A DNA stretch of 64,000 nt from a virus. Below are positions 30,014-39,901 of the stretch, piece after piece. The translations under genes were made by a program, and so were the position numbers. The stretch covers positions 87,932 through 151,931 of IMG/VR virus record IMGVR_UViG_3300030090_007211; one strand, 5' to 3'. How positions within the stretch are numbered: position 1 is the first letter of the stretch; each line of letters starts with the position of its first letter. The notes below the pieces were generated by a model. That model had not been told where the DNA came from. It saw nothing but the letters and a program-made list of their open reading frames with translations, and searched no databases.

Positions 30014-30068
30014 TATAAATAGGGATAAATGTTACCCTTCTTCTATTGCTTTTGTAAAAGTTTTGTAA
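30014..30068 (-). promoter_or_regulatory. TTACA-N6-TTACA box plus TATTTATA promoter core
   Basis: plus strand TATAAATA 30014-21, 31 nt, TGTAA 30053-57, N6, TGTAA 30064-68. Confidence 0.65.
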
Positions 30069-30075
30069 GGAAGAA

Positions 30076-30300
30076 TTATTTTAATTTAATAGAAAGAGTA
30101 GTATTAGATAAAAAATTATACGTGGAAGATAACCCATAATCCACTAATGTTTCATCCACTATCTTCTTCATAGTGTCACTATGCCCAATTATAATATTAA
30201 CTTCACCAGTACCTTTCATTAAGTGTTCACCAATAAATTGATCCACTTTGCGAGGTACGTCTCCATGACGCACCCCATGCAAATCTAATTTATAACTCAT
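30076..30300 (-). CDS. small Smr-domain-like protein
   Basis: LDLHG...IIIG. Confidence 0.65.
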   Translation of the reverse strand: MSYKLDLHGVRHGDVPRKVDQFIGEHLMKGTGEVNIIIGHSDTMKKIVDETLVDYGLSSTYNFLSNTTLSIKLK

Positions 30301-30545
30301 TTTTTAAGTGTCTGTAAAAAAGATTCTACCTTTTCAATATTCTCGTTCAAAACTTCTGAATATTTTTGATTGGTAGTGTCTTTTAATTCATCTAATGACT
30401 TAAATAAATCACCCACAATATTTTTTCCTTCAGCATCTACTTGTTTACCTTTCTCTACTAAAGTATTAAAATTTTCTTTCATTTTGTCTTCTGTATGTTG
30501 TGCTAATCCTACACCTGCATACAAAACATTTTTTAAAGTTTCCAT
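30297..30545 (-). CDS. phasin-like amphipathic protein
   Basis: LKNVLYAGVGLA...FNTLVEKGK. Confidence 0.6.
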   Translation of the reverse strand: METLKNVLYAGVGLAQHTEDKMKENFNTLVEKGKQVDAEGKNIVGDLFKSLDELKDTTNQKYSEVLNENIEKVESFLQTLKK

Positions 30546-30716
30546 TTAATTATTTTTTCTCTTTTGTTATTTAATAGAAGTTGTAATTTGGAAAAAGAAT
30601 ATTCATCTCTAAACAAAATTCTAAATCCATCAATAAATTGTTGAGCCGCTTCTAATTGCATTTCATTTTCACAACTTTCTATTACTGCTACTGATTTATT
30701 TTCAGCATCTATTATC

Positions 30717-31028
30717 TTATATATTTCCATTTTTAATTTTTTTTCTTAATTTCTCCACAGTATCGCACATTTCATAGTCTTCTATAGATACAAAATACTT
30801 AACACATTTTTCTAAACTCTCATCCCAATTTTCTTTATCTACCATTAAAACCATCGTATAATCTCTTAAATTATTTATGATTTTGAATAATGTTAGATTT
30901 TCTATGTCATTTTCATATGCATGATCAATGTTCTTTACTATTTCACTATGTATATGATGTCTATTATTAGTTAATAAATTCTCCTCTTCTTCTTCAGTAT
31001 TAATAATAATTGTTGGTACTTTATCCAT
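30717..31028 (-). CDS. protein with UVR-like C-terminus
   Basis: YFVSIEDYEMCDTVEKLR. Confidence 0.5.
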   Translation of the reverse strand: MDKVPTIIINTEEEEENLLTNNRHHIHSEIVKNIDHAYENDIENLTLFKIINNLRDYTMVLMVDKENWDESLEKCVKYFVSIEDYEMCDTVEKLRKKIKNGNI

Positions 31029-31266
31029 TAATTATAAATTGATGTTATTATTTCTATTTTTTTTATAATTTCTATACGTGCTTTAGGGTCATCAACTATT
31101 AATAATTGTTTTCTTAAATATCGTAAATCTTCCATGACTTTTTTATCACTTACCTTATCTATTTTATTATATTTTGGCATACGAATACTATTTAATTTTT
31201 TAAATTGTTTAATTATGTATATTACACCAATAAGTATAAGTAAAATTATTGATAAAATAAAATAAA

Positions 31267-31740
31267 TCATTTAATAATTTTAATTTTAAATAGTTTATAA
31301 GTGTAGAGTAAATGGAATAAACATATCAAAAATACTTGAAAGACTTCAAACATCATTAACCCACCAAAAAATAAAAGATAACCAAATAAAGACACTCTCC
31401 CAAATCCACTCACTCTTTTATCATTCCACATAGCATAAGTAGATGTTATAAAAAATATGACAGCACTACTATAATGAATAATAGGGAAATCATGCATATT
31501 AAATAATGCTAGTAAGATAAGAAAAAAAGAGGGATATTTCCATTCATTATTTCGATGTATCAACAATCCTATTGCTAATGTATTAAAAATAACTGTGAAA
31601 AGGATAGGGGAATGAGTATAATATCTACTATAACTTTGTTCCCACCCAAAATATAAAGGAAACCCAAACATAGCAATTACACCAATAGTGGATAGCACAA
31701 ATCGGGTAAATAAATTTAAATATGAAGGTAAATTTTTCAT
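31267..31740 (-). CDS. multi-TM membrane protein
   Basis: 5-6 hydrophobic helices, SYSRYY, IHYSSA. Confidence 0.6.
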   Translation of the reverse strand: MKNLPSYLNLFTRFVLSTIGVIAMFGFPLYFGWEQSYSRYYTHSPILFTVIFNTLAIGLLIHRNNEWKYPSFFLILLALFNMHDFPIIHYSSAVIFFITSTYAMWNDKRVSGFGRVSLFGYLLFFGGLMMFEVFQVFLICLFHLLYTYKLFKIKIIK

Positions 31741-31742
31741 GT

Positions 31743-31788
31743 AAAACTGGTTGGTTTCTATAAATAAATATGGAAAAAAACCAGTTTT
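31743..31788 (-). promoter_or_regulatory. TATTTATA promoter inside a 10-bp hairpin
   Basis: arms AAAACTGGTT 31743-52 / AACCAGTTTT 31779-88; TATAAATA 31759-66. Confidence 0.65.
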
Positions 31789-32104
31789 TAAATACTACAA
31801 AGATAAAATAAAATCTTTATATTCTTGATACTTGATTTTTAAATAATATTTAGATAATTCTTCCGCTTCTGTCAACCCAAAATACATCTCTTCTTGTAGT
31901 GCTCTAGATATCGCTTTTTGTAACATAAAACGGGTTTGTGAAAGAGTTAGAGATAATTTACGAGTATCACTCTCTTTCATTAAGGTAGGTCGTCCCTCCA
32001 TATCATTTACTACAGGATACCTACTATTAAAAAACTTTTCAGATTTTTTAAAAAAATTTTCTAGTTGTATGTTGGTATATAAAGACATATTTGTTTGATT
32101 TAAA

Positions 32105-32136
32105 CAAATATACAACAAATTTATTTATTATCCAAA
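32105..32136 (-). promoter_or_regulatory. Bacteroidota primary-sigma promoter
   Basis: TTTG-N20-TATATTTG upstream of 31795..32088. Confidence 0.8.
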
Positions 32137-33107
32137 TTTATCTCATTAATTAATTCAAACACTTGTTGATCATTTAACGCAAAAGTTTCTTTAAGATCGG
32201 AAATATCCGGAGAATCAAACTCCAAATTTTGAGTATATTGCTCAAATAGTATTAAAAATTTATTAAATTCTTCAGTAAAATCAAAAAATAATTCTTTATT
32301 ACGAGTATTTTTAATCATCTTAATTACTTCTTCATTCTCCCCCTTAAATATCCTGTCCACTATTAAATGTAAATTAGAAGAAATAATATGTTTTTTTAAT
32401 TCTAATAAACCATTATCTACATCTTCACGTAAAGCATTTAACTGATTCGCATCATTCACTAAACCCGCATAATAACTACCATCTAAAGTATTATTCTTTT
32501 GTAGATGTTTAGTTATGGCTTCTTTAATTGCATCATTTCCCATATGATAAAGATAACTATTATTTTTTTCATTTTCAATGTTTATTTATTCTTTTTTTTT
32601 TCGTATGTTTATAATGATTTTAATCGATAACCATATATTTATAAAATAGAGAATGGTTTAAAAAATGGATAAACACATTGATAATTTAATACTTGAACTT
32701 CAAAACGCCCTTTCAAAGAAATACGGCAGACACTTCAAAAGATTTTATTTAATAAAAAATATGGAAGAGTCTGAAGATTGGCAAGGATTAATTCATTATT
32801 CTGATGAAGGTGAAAGACAAGTGGAGTATTATAATATTGAAAACCAAGAAGTCGTAAAAGACAGTAAAATATTTCATTAAAAAGAACATGAGAAAAGATA
32901 AATTAGTGGGCAAAAATGTCATACTAAAAAATGTATACTGCGTTGATAATCAAAATGGGGTTATTACAGAAGAATATAAGGACATTACTGGAACATTAGA
33001 AAAAATAGGTCCTAATTCTTTTTTTGGATGGGATTTATGTGCATTAGTAAATGGTGTGAATTATAAATTAGAGTCGTTATCTCAAATTCAGGCTATTTAT
33101 AGATAAG

Positions 33108-33848
33108 ATGAAAGCTATTGTATTTAAGAAAAACGGTGACCTTACCTTATTAAATCGTATAACTAAAGAAGAGGAGAAAATTAATACTATAATCCATTCT
33201 TTAGATTGTCCGACAATACTTGAGGAAGGCATTACTTTTGAGACTTTTTTTAATCATTTAATAAAAGAGAAAGACTTCTTGAACACTGTCTATAAAGAAA
33301 CAATGGGAGAAGCTAATTTAGATAATTTCTTAAAAGAATGGAAAAAACTTCCCACTAAAAAATTAAAAGATCATGGAATAGAATACTTAAAAACTTATAA
33401 AGTGTTTGACTATATAGAATTAGTGGAAGATAATAATTTTATTGATATACGGATTGACTTTGATGGGATTGGGGAAGAAGGAGATTTATTTAATGTAGAG
33501 TTTATCCCTTTAAATGATTTAAAACCAATACCTTTAGTATTATCTAATAAAATTTCTATTTATCGCACCGTTTCAAATATAAAAGGTGAGGAGTTATTTT
33601 TTGAAGGAAATACTTTTACTTTATTATTTGAACTAATTGGAACAATATTATATGTATTAACTATCCATAAAACGCCAGAAGGAAGAGAATCTGCAAAACA
33701 TAAATTTATTAAAATTATAAATGAAACTAATATAATAGAGATGTTAGAAATACAAAAAGAAGAGGCGGTAGAAGTTCAAAATTACGAGGAGGCAGCACAA
33801 CTTAAAAAAATATTGGATCGATTACGAAATGGGTTTATTGATGACTGA
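33108..33848 (+). CDS. hypothetical protein with C-terminal UVR domain
   Basis: LEIQKEEAVEVQNYEEAAQLKKILDRL. Confidence 0.7.
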   Translation: MKAIVFKKNGDLTLLNRITKEEEKINTIIHSLDCPTILEEGITFETFFNHLIKEKDFLNTVYKETMGEANLDNFLKEWKKLPTKKLKDHGIEYLKTYKVFDYIELVEDNNFIDIRIDFDGIGEEGDLFNVEFIPLNDLKPIPLVLSNKISIYRTVSNIKGEELFFEGNTFTLLFELIGTILYVLTIHKTPEGRESAKHKFIKIINETNIIEMLEIQKEEAVEVQNYEEAAQLKKILDRLRNGFIDD

Positions 33849-34658
33849 TCCGACTTCGATATTGGTAATCTCAATCCTTTTTAATTTGTGGGTATCAATA
33901 TAATTATTCCTCATCAATTGGTGAAAATTAAAAATTACTTCATCTTCACTATAACCAGTTAATTGCATCAACCCTAAAAAATCCACTATATTACCCCATC
34001 TATCGTAAGATTCTTTTATGTATTCTGCATAATAAGGATTTAACTCATAATCATACGTAATAGTATACAATTGCATAGTAGATAAAATTTCTTGCCTTTT
34101 TTCCTTATTTTGTTTTTGAAACGTTTTGGGTAACATATTATATAAATATGTAATTATCCTTCAGGGTTTGTATTATTCCATTCTTCAAAATAACGCACAA
34201 TTGGTTCGGGGTATTTTTTTAAAGCACTTTTTAATCCAGATTCCACAATATGTTCTAGTACTTCATAATATAATGCCCACCACCTTAATTGAGTTTCTTG
34301 GGGGTATTTGGGGTTATTTAACATAATCGATAGTTTAGTTGTTAGTGATACTACAATTTACGAAAAAATATTCACAAAAAAAAGTAAATCGGTTGTTATT
34401 CATAAATATCTTAATAAATATCAATAACTTTACCAAACTGTCATTGTTATGTAACGTATTTAAAATACGATTATTTCTTTTTCAATCCATCCAAAAACTT
34501 AGGGTCTTTTACCTTATCTTTTCTTTCACAATTAACTACTTCTAACTTGTTATTATAATAAGTAACTATAGGGTTACCTAACACGTTATCTTGTGAATAA
34601 TAAACCGCTTTTGTTTTCCAATCTAAATCTTTTTTATTTTTTCTCATTTTATTTTTTT

Positions 34659-34689
34659 AAAAAAAAAAGAGGGGAATATCCCCTCTCTT
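34659..34689 (-). terminator. intrinsic terminator
   Basis: AGAGGGGA-ATA-TCCCCTCT hairpin plus a long U-run after the DUF932 gene. Confidence 0.85.
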
Positions 34690-34709
34690 CAACCAAATCA
34701 AACACTATA

Positions 34710-35501
34710 TTACATCATAGCTTCAGATAAACTCCACAACATTTTGTTAACCTTTAGATTTTCATCTATCGACTTAACTGCTCTGGTTTTATTATATTTA
34801 ATTTTTCCATCTTTCTTAACGTAGGTATTTAAACCTCCTCTAATCATTCCTTCTTGTATTCTGTTGAATACTGTCCACAAATCATTTCCTTTGTCTGCGG
34901 CTCTGTTAATGGTTAGTAATTCGTCTAAGTTAACGTGTCTGTCTTTACCCCATCTTTCGATTACCGCTTGTTGTGCGAAATCTCTTCGTTGTTGAGGTGT
35001 TAATTCAACACCCATCATACCTTGTACTTTACCAACCACCTGTGGAATATGGGTAGTAATTTGTCCCACAGTTTCTAAAATAGAAGATTTTTTAAATCCT
35101 TTATGTCTAATACTGTATTGATCAAAAGTTTTATCTGCCACCACTAAACCATTACTACAAACTAACCTAAATAATCCTACATGAAATTTAAAAGAAGAGG
35201 TACCATTGTGAGAATTAGTCAGTACAATCTCAGGATGTGTATCACCTATTTCTGCAGATAAGTTATCCATTTCTTTATTTCTGAATCTTATAATATGTTT
35301 TTTATAAGGAATAGTGTTTTCATAACCAGTACGTGTACCAGTTTGTAAGGCTTGAGTTACCCCCCAATTCTTTTCTTCTAAAATATCTATAATCCTAGTA
35401 GTAGGAATATGTTTATAAATATGAGATAAATGTTTAGAAGGTTTTTTAGTAAATACTGAAGGACAACTTTCTTGAATCTGTTCTAAATTTAAATAATCCA
35501 T
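34710..35501 (-). CDS. DUF932/DUF945 family protein
   Basis: KHIIRFR, NSHNGTSS, GLFRLVCSNGL, DLWTVFNRIQE. Confidence 0.9.
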   Translation of the reverse strand: MDYLNLEQIQESCPSVFTKKPSKHLSHIYKHIPTTRIIDILEEKNWGVTQALQTGTRTGYENTIPYKKHIIRFRNKEMDNLSAEIGDTHPEIVLTNSHNGTSSFKFHVGLFRLVCSNGLVVADKTFDQYSIRHKGFKKSSILETVGQITTHIPQVVGKVQGMMGVELTPQQRRDFAQQAVIERWGKDRHVNLDELLTINRAADKGNDLWTVFNRIQEGMIRGGLNTYVKKDGKIKYNKTRAVKSIDENLKVNKMLWSLSEAMM

Positions 35502-35542
35502 AATTTTCTTTTTTTAGTGTTTTTATATTTGATTAACTTATA

Positions 35543-35574
35543 CAAATATACGACAAATATTTTAAACTGCCAAA
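35543..35574 (-). promoter_or_regulatory. Bacteroidota primary-sigma promoter
   Basis: TTTG-N20-TATATTTG. Confidence 0.85.
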
Positions 35575-36047
35575 CATTTTTCCATAAAAAATGGAATTTC
35601 TCTATTTTTCCACTTACTAAAATGTTTTTTTTCTCTAATATAATACTCTCTGTAAGACTCCACTGCATTACCTATCTTACATTCTTGAGGCATCGCCAAT
35701 TTAAATGGGGTTAGATTACCATTTTCTTTTAATGTAGGATGATTTATTATACACCATTCTATTATATCCTGTGATTTATGTCTTTTACCATAACGATAGG
35801 TATATTCTAAACATAATTCCATACCTAAATCACATAACCATACATAATTTTCTAAACATTCTCTTGCCCATATTGAACAAGGATGATTCTTATGAGATAA
35901 TCTATAAGGTATGTCTAAAGAGGAATGTAACATATGATGTACCCCACATAATAGTTGGGCGGTTTCTAATATCATTTTTACTACATGTTTATCATTATGA
36001 TATTGGGCGCACTTTTTTGGGTCTTCATCTAAAATAAAAATATTCAT
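35562..36047 (-). CDS. pyrimidine-dimer DNA glycosylase (DenV)-like phage protein
   Basis: MNIFILD.DP...HNDKHVVKMILETAQLL, HKNHPCSIW, EYTYRYGKRH. Confidence 0.75.
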   Translation of the reverse strand: MNIFILDEDPKKCAQYHNDKHVVKMILETAQLLCGVHHMLHSSLDIPYRLSHKNHPCSIWARECLENYVWLCDLGMELCLEYTYRYGKRHKSQDIIEWCIINHPTLKENGNLTPFKLAMPQECKIGNAVESYREYYIREKKHFSKWKNREIPFFMEKCLAV

Positions 36048-36149
36048 ACAATTTTATAATTTATGTTTTTACAAACATAACATATTTTTTTTAGAAAACC
36101 AATTATTTATTCATTTATTTTTGATATTTATTAGTATAAATTTATCTTT

Positions 36150-37961
36150 ATGAGTAAATTAACAAATTCAGAAATAAAAATATTACGTTTATTGGATAAG
36201 CATGTGGGGACACCAGATAAAGATCGCACTGTTAAATTTTTAAGAGATACCTTAGCATTTAACCATACAGACTCATTGGATTGGTGGAAGTTATGGTACC
36301 TCAATAAAGAAACTCAAGAAACTCCTTATGAACAAATGGAGAACATCAACAGAGGATTTTCCTTTTTAGTAGATGCTATAAAAGAGATAATATCCAATGA
36401 AGAGTTTTCCCCTATGGTAATGGTAGATAAAATGTATGATGATGACATTGAAAAATATGAAAAAATAATTGGCCCTTATTTTCGTGAAAGTGGGAAGGAC
36501 ATTACTTTTGACTCCGAGGGGGTACAATTACATCTACCTCGAGAAGAATGGGCGGAATATTTTTCAGGGATGGGAGATGACGACATATGGAGATATGAAG
36601 GGGCTAAAACCCACCATGATGGACAAGATGATGAAAATTTTGAATATGAGGAATTTGATTATATAAATCCTAATGAGGAATTATTTGATGAATTCAATAA
36701 ATTAGGTGAAGCAGTAGGAGATAATAGAAAATGGAGTGTTGATAATAGACCAAATGATACAGACATTACTGATTGGTTATACTCAAATTTAACTCGGGAA
36801 GATGCTGAAGACATCATACAACAATATATTTGGTCACTTGGTACAGCAGTAACACAAGCTCGCAACAATGAGTTACTAGAATGGTATGAGGAAAAGGTGG
36901 ATTATCCGGAAAGTAGATGTGATTCCTATTCTGATGATGAATGTATAACTATACCCTATGAAGATTTATTATTAATGATAAAAGAAAATGAATGGATAAC
37001 CCTAAGTCAACTAAAGGACGCTGGACTTAACGATGGAGTTGAAAATATTGCTGATGCATATTATGATTCTTGGTTGGATGATGAGGGATATGAGGAAGTT
37101 ATGACTCACACGCGTGACACCGTAGAAAACATTATTACAAAAATTGAGGATGATGAAGACTATATGGTACTAATTACAAAAAGAAAAGAATTTTTAAAAT
37201 TACTTGAAAAATTTAAATTTAAAGAAGGTAGCTACGATTGGAAGTGTAAAGATAGTAGTTATGTAAGTGAAAATGGGAAAATTAGAGTATGTGTTAGAGA
37301 TTATGACGCACAAAATGAAAAAGTTAAGTTTTTCTACGATGGAGAAGCCCACTTAACCCCCTTAAATGATTTCATTGCGTGGGCACAAGGTAGTATATTA
37401 GAACTTAGTGAAAATATTAGAATAGGAAAATATAGACTTATAATGGAAAGTATTGCTTCCGATGCAGAAATAACTAAAATTGCAATATTTGATTTTGACG
37501 GTACACTCATGAATACTCCTCAGGCAGAAGAAGGTAAAAAACAATGGGAAATTAAAACTGGGAAACCTTATCCTCATATTGGATGGTGGGGAAGACCAGA
37601 ATCTTTAGACACTGACGTATTTAACATTAAACCTATAGTCTCTACTATTTTAGATTATAATATAGAAATAGATGATCCCAATACTTTAGTTATTATGTTA
37701 ACTGGTAGATTACCTAAACAAGCACCTCAAGTAGAAAATATATTAAATGATTATAATATAGTATTTGATGAATATCACTATAAAGAAGATGGTGATACCT
37801 TAAAAAGTAAAATAAATACTATTAAAAGTCTTTTACTTAGATATCCTAATGTGAATTTTATTGAAATGTATGAGGATAGAGTCCCTCACGCTATTGCATT
37901 TGAAGAATGGGGTGAAGAAAATAATATGCCAATAAAGGTAAATGTAGTTACACCTAGCTAG
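36150..37961 (+). CDS. acidic paralog-family domain fused to a C-terminal HAD phosphatase (RNA-repair Swiss-army-knife type)
   Basis: IFDFDGTLMNTP, WW..ESL, LTGR, EMYEDR..H. Confidence 0.8.
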   Translation: MSKLTNSEIKILRLLDKHVGTPDKDRTVKFLRDTLAFNHTDSLDWWKLWYLNKETQETPYEQMENINRGFSFLVDAIKEIISNEEFSPMVMVDKMYDDDIEKYEKIIGPYFRESGKDITFDSEGVQLHLPREEWAEYFSGMGDDDIWRYEGAKTHHDGQDDENFEYEEFDYINPNEELFDEFNKLGEAVGDNRKWSVDNRPNDTDITDWLYSNLTREDAEDIIQQYIWSLGTAVTQARNNELLEWYEEKVDYPESRCDSYSDDECITIPYEDLLLMIKENEWITLSQLKDAGLNDGVENIADAYYDSWLDDEGYEEVMTHTRDTVENIITKIEDDEDYMVLITKRKEFLKLLEKFKFKEGSYDWKCKDSSYVSENGKIRVCVRDYDAQNEKVKFFYDGEAHLTPLNDFIAWAQGSILELSENIRIGKYRLIMESIASDAEITKIAIFDFDGTLMNTPQAEEGKKQWEIKTGKPYPHIGWWGRPESLDTDVFNIKPIVSTILDYNIEIDDPNTLVIMLTGRLPKQAPQVENILNDYNIVFDEYHYKEDGDTLKSKINTIKSLLLRYPNVNFIEMYEDRVPHAIAFEEWGEENNMPIKVNVVTPS

Positions 37962-38295
37962 ATTTCAGATATAACCCAAATAGGGTTGCAGCAATACCAA
38001 AAATAATTTGTACCACTACCCACACTGTTGTAGACATAGTTTTAAATGTCTTTAAATCACTTACTTCTTTTTGCAATTCTTTTAATTGGGTAGGAGAAGA
38101 AACTTCATCAATATTGTTCTTCCAATTTTTAAGTGTATTTATTTCGTCTTTTATCTGTTCACTTTTTGCAATATCTTGACGTATTCCATTAGTCTCTTGA
38201 CTTAATTCATCCACTCTCTTATTGAGTTTTTCTAATTCTGCTAATACAAGACGGGAATATTCGTTCCACCCGTTCTGTTTTCCGTTACCACTCAT
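37954..38295 (-). CDS. coiled-coil protein with a C-terminal TM anchor
   Basis: heptad pattern followed by TTVWVVVQIIFGIAATLFG. Confidence 0.6.
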   Translation of the reverse strand: MSGNGKQNGWNEYSRLVLAELEKLNKRVDELSQETNGIRQDIAKSEQIKDEINTLKNWKNNIDEVSSPTQLKELQKEVSDLKTFKTMSTTVWVVVQIIFGIAATLFGLYLKSS

Positions 38296-38714
38296 GATTT
38301 ATCTCTTTCCACTTCACAGGTACAAAATAAAATATCTTTGTTTTTCACTTTTTGTATAGTAAATTTAGAAGTAAAAACATCACCACTTTTATGGGGGCAT
38401 TTGATTACCCCATTCCACACACCTGTCTTATTTAATTGTTCATTAATTTTGTCAATTGGTCTTTCCGGTATTTTACAAAATAATTCATAATGTCGTTTAC
38501 CGACCATATCATCAGGGTCTTCAAACCCATATATTTCAGCAAATAGTTCATTTACTAAAACATATTTCCAATCCTCTTCCATTATTGCCATGGCTCGTGG
38601 AGCAGTTAAAAATACATGTTCTAAAATATCAAAATGTTGTACTTTTTCTAACAAATCTTGATCTCTGAGAGATAAATCTTCTACTAGTTGTCTTAATTTA
38701 TCTAAATTGCTCAT
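38292..38714 (-). CDS. stand-alone PAS-domain protein
   Basis: VLVNELFAEIYGF...MVGK, WNGVIKCPHKSGDVF. Confidence 0.8.
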   Translation of the reverse strand: MSNLDKLRQLVEDLSLRDQDLLEKVQHFDILEHVFLTAPRAMAIMEEDWKYVLVNELFAEIYGFEDPDDMVGKRHYELFCKIPERPIDKINEQLNKTGVWNGVIKCPHKSGDVFTSKFTIQKVKNKDILFCTCEVERDKS

Positions 38715-39324
38715 TCCTTTTTATATATAAATATATAAAAAATGTCTTATGTTAAAGAATATTAGAGATATACCATTTTTTAACGTTGTTTCTCGGTTTT
38801 TCATTTTCATTAATGTTTGCAATAATTCTATGTGCTTCATCTTCATTCTCAACTTTAAAAGATAAAGTATTGATAATCTTGCTAACTGATTTGCCGTCTA
38901 TAACCTCGGTTTTCTTTGGTACCCTTTTCAGGTGAATAGTTAATCTTTTCATTAATTAATAAATTGCATCAGGTAAATCTTCTATTAAAGGAAAGTTAGA
39001 TTCTAAGAAATTCATCACACTCTCTTCGCCATGTTGGTCAAGTAACCATTCACCGAAAGTAACTGGCATATCCATATCTTCTTCATTATCCCAATCATCT
39101 ACTACATCATCGAATGTGAACGTATCTTCGATAAAATTATCCATTACCCAATAGTAATAATCATCACTCTCTACTCTACGATAAAATCCTGCATCGTCCC
39201 CTTCTATTTTGAAGTCGACCACAAGATTTCCTAAATCATCACATTCGATATTTAAGAATTCGGTAATAAAATATTTACCCATTTTAATTTTTTTTGTTAA
39301 TAAATATGTCTTTATTAACAAAAA

Positions 39325-39576
39325 TTATTGTTGTAAGTCAAATAAGGGAGAGTTTTCCCCTATTTTCTTACTACTGGTTAGTGTTTCTAACTCAATAAGT
39401 TTATTCAAATATTGTTGTGCTTTTAATAAATCTTCTACACCATTTTTATCTTTCCATCTAGTCACATACTTAACAATATTACCCTCAAAAAAATCTAAAT
39501 TTTGTGAATGGGCATAATCCCACATTTCAATTCCCCTGTTATAATGATGGGGATGTTTTACTCTTTCTTTACTCAT
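39325..39576 (-). CDS. DUF3310 (T7 gp1.7-like nucleotide kinase) protein
   Basis: HPHHY, GNIVKYVTRWKDKNGVEDLLKA. Confidence 0.88.
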   Translation of the reverse strand: MSKERVKHPHHYNRGIEMWDYAHSQNLDFFEGNIVKYVTRWKDKNGVEDLLKAQQYLNKLIELETLTSSKKIGENSPLFDLQQ

Positions 39577-39901
39577 TTATGTTCCGCAATTAAAGTTATT
39601 AATCCTACTATCGTTACTGTTACCCCACACCCAAATGCAATGGTATTAGGGGAAATACCTAAACCTTTATGATTAGTTTTTTTAGGAAATGGTTTACCAT
39701 ATCTTGTAATATCCGATATTAATGGGGCGGCAGTAAATGTTAAACCACCAATGGTTAATATTGCCCCTTTACTAATTTTTTTTGGTTCTTTATAATGTCT
39801 GTTATACTGACTTGGTATTAACAAGGGTGTTAGTAGAAAAAATATGATTATTATTTTTTTCATATAACCCAACAATAATGATAAAAATAATAAATGTCAA
39901 T

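Noticed and set aside
38718-38741. AT-only palindrome around the promoter (TTTTTATATA/TATATAAAAA)
   Set aside because: Low complexity and partly explained by the self-complementary promoter motif
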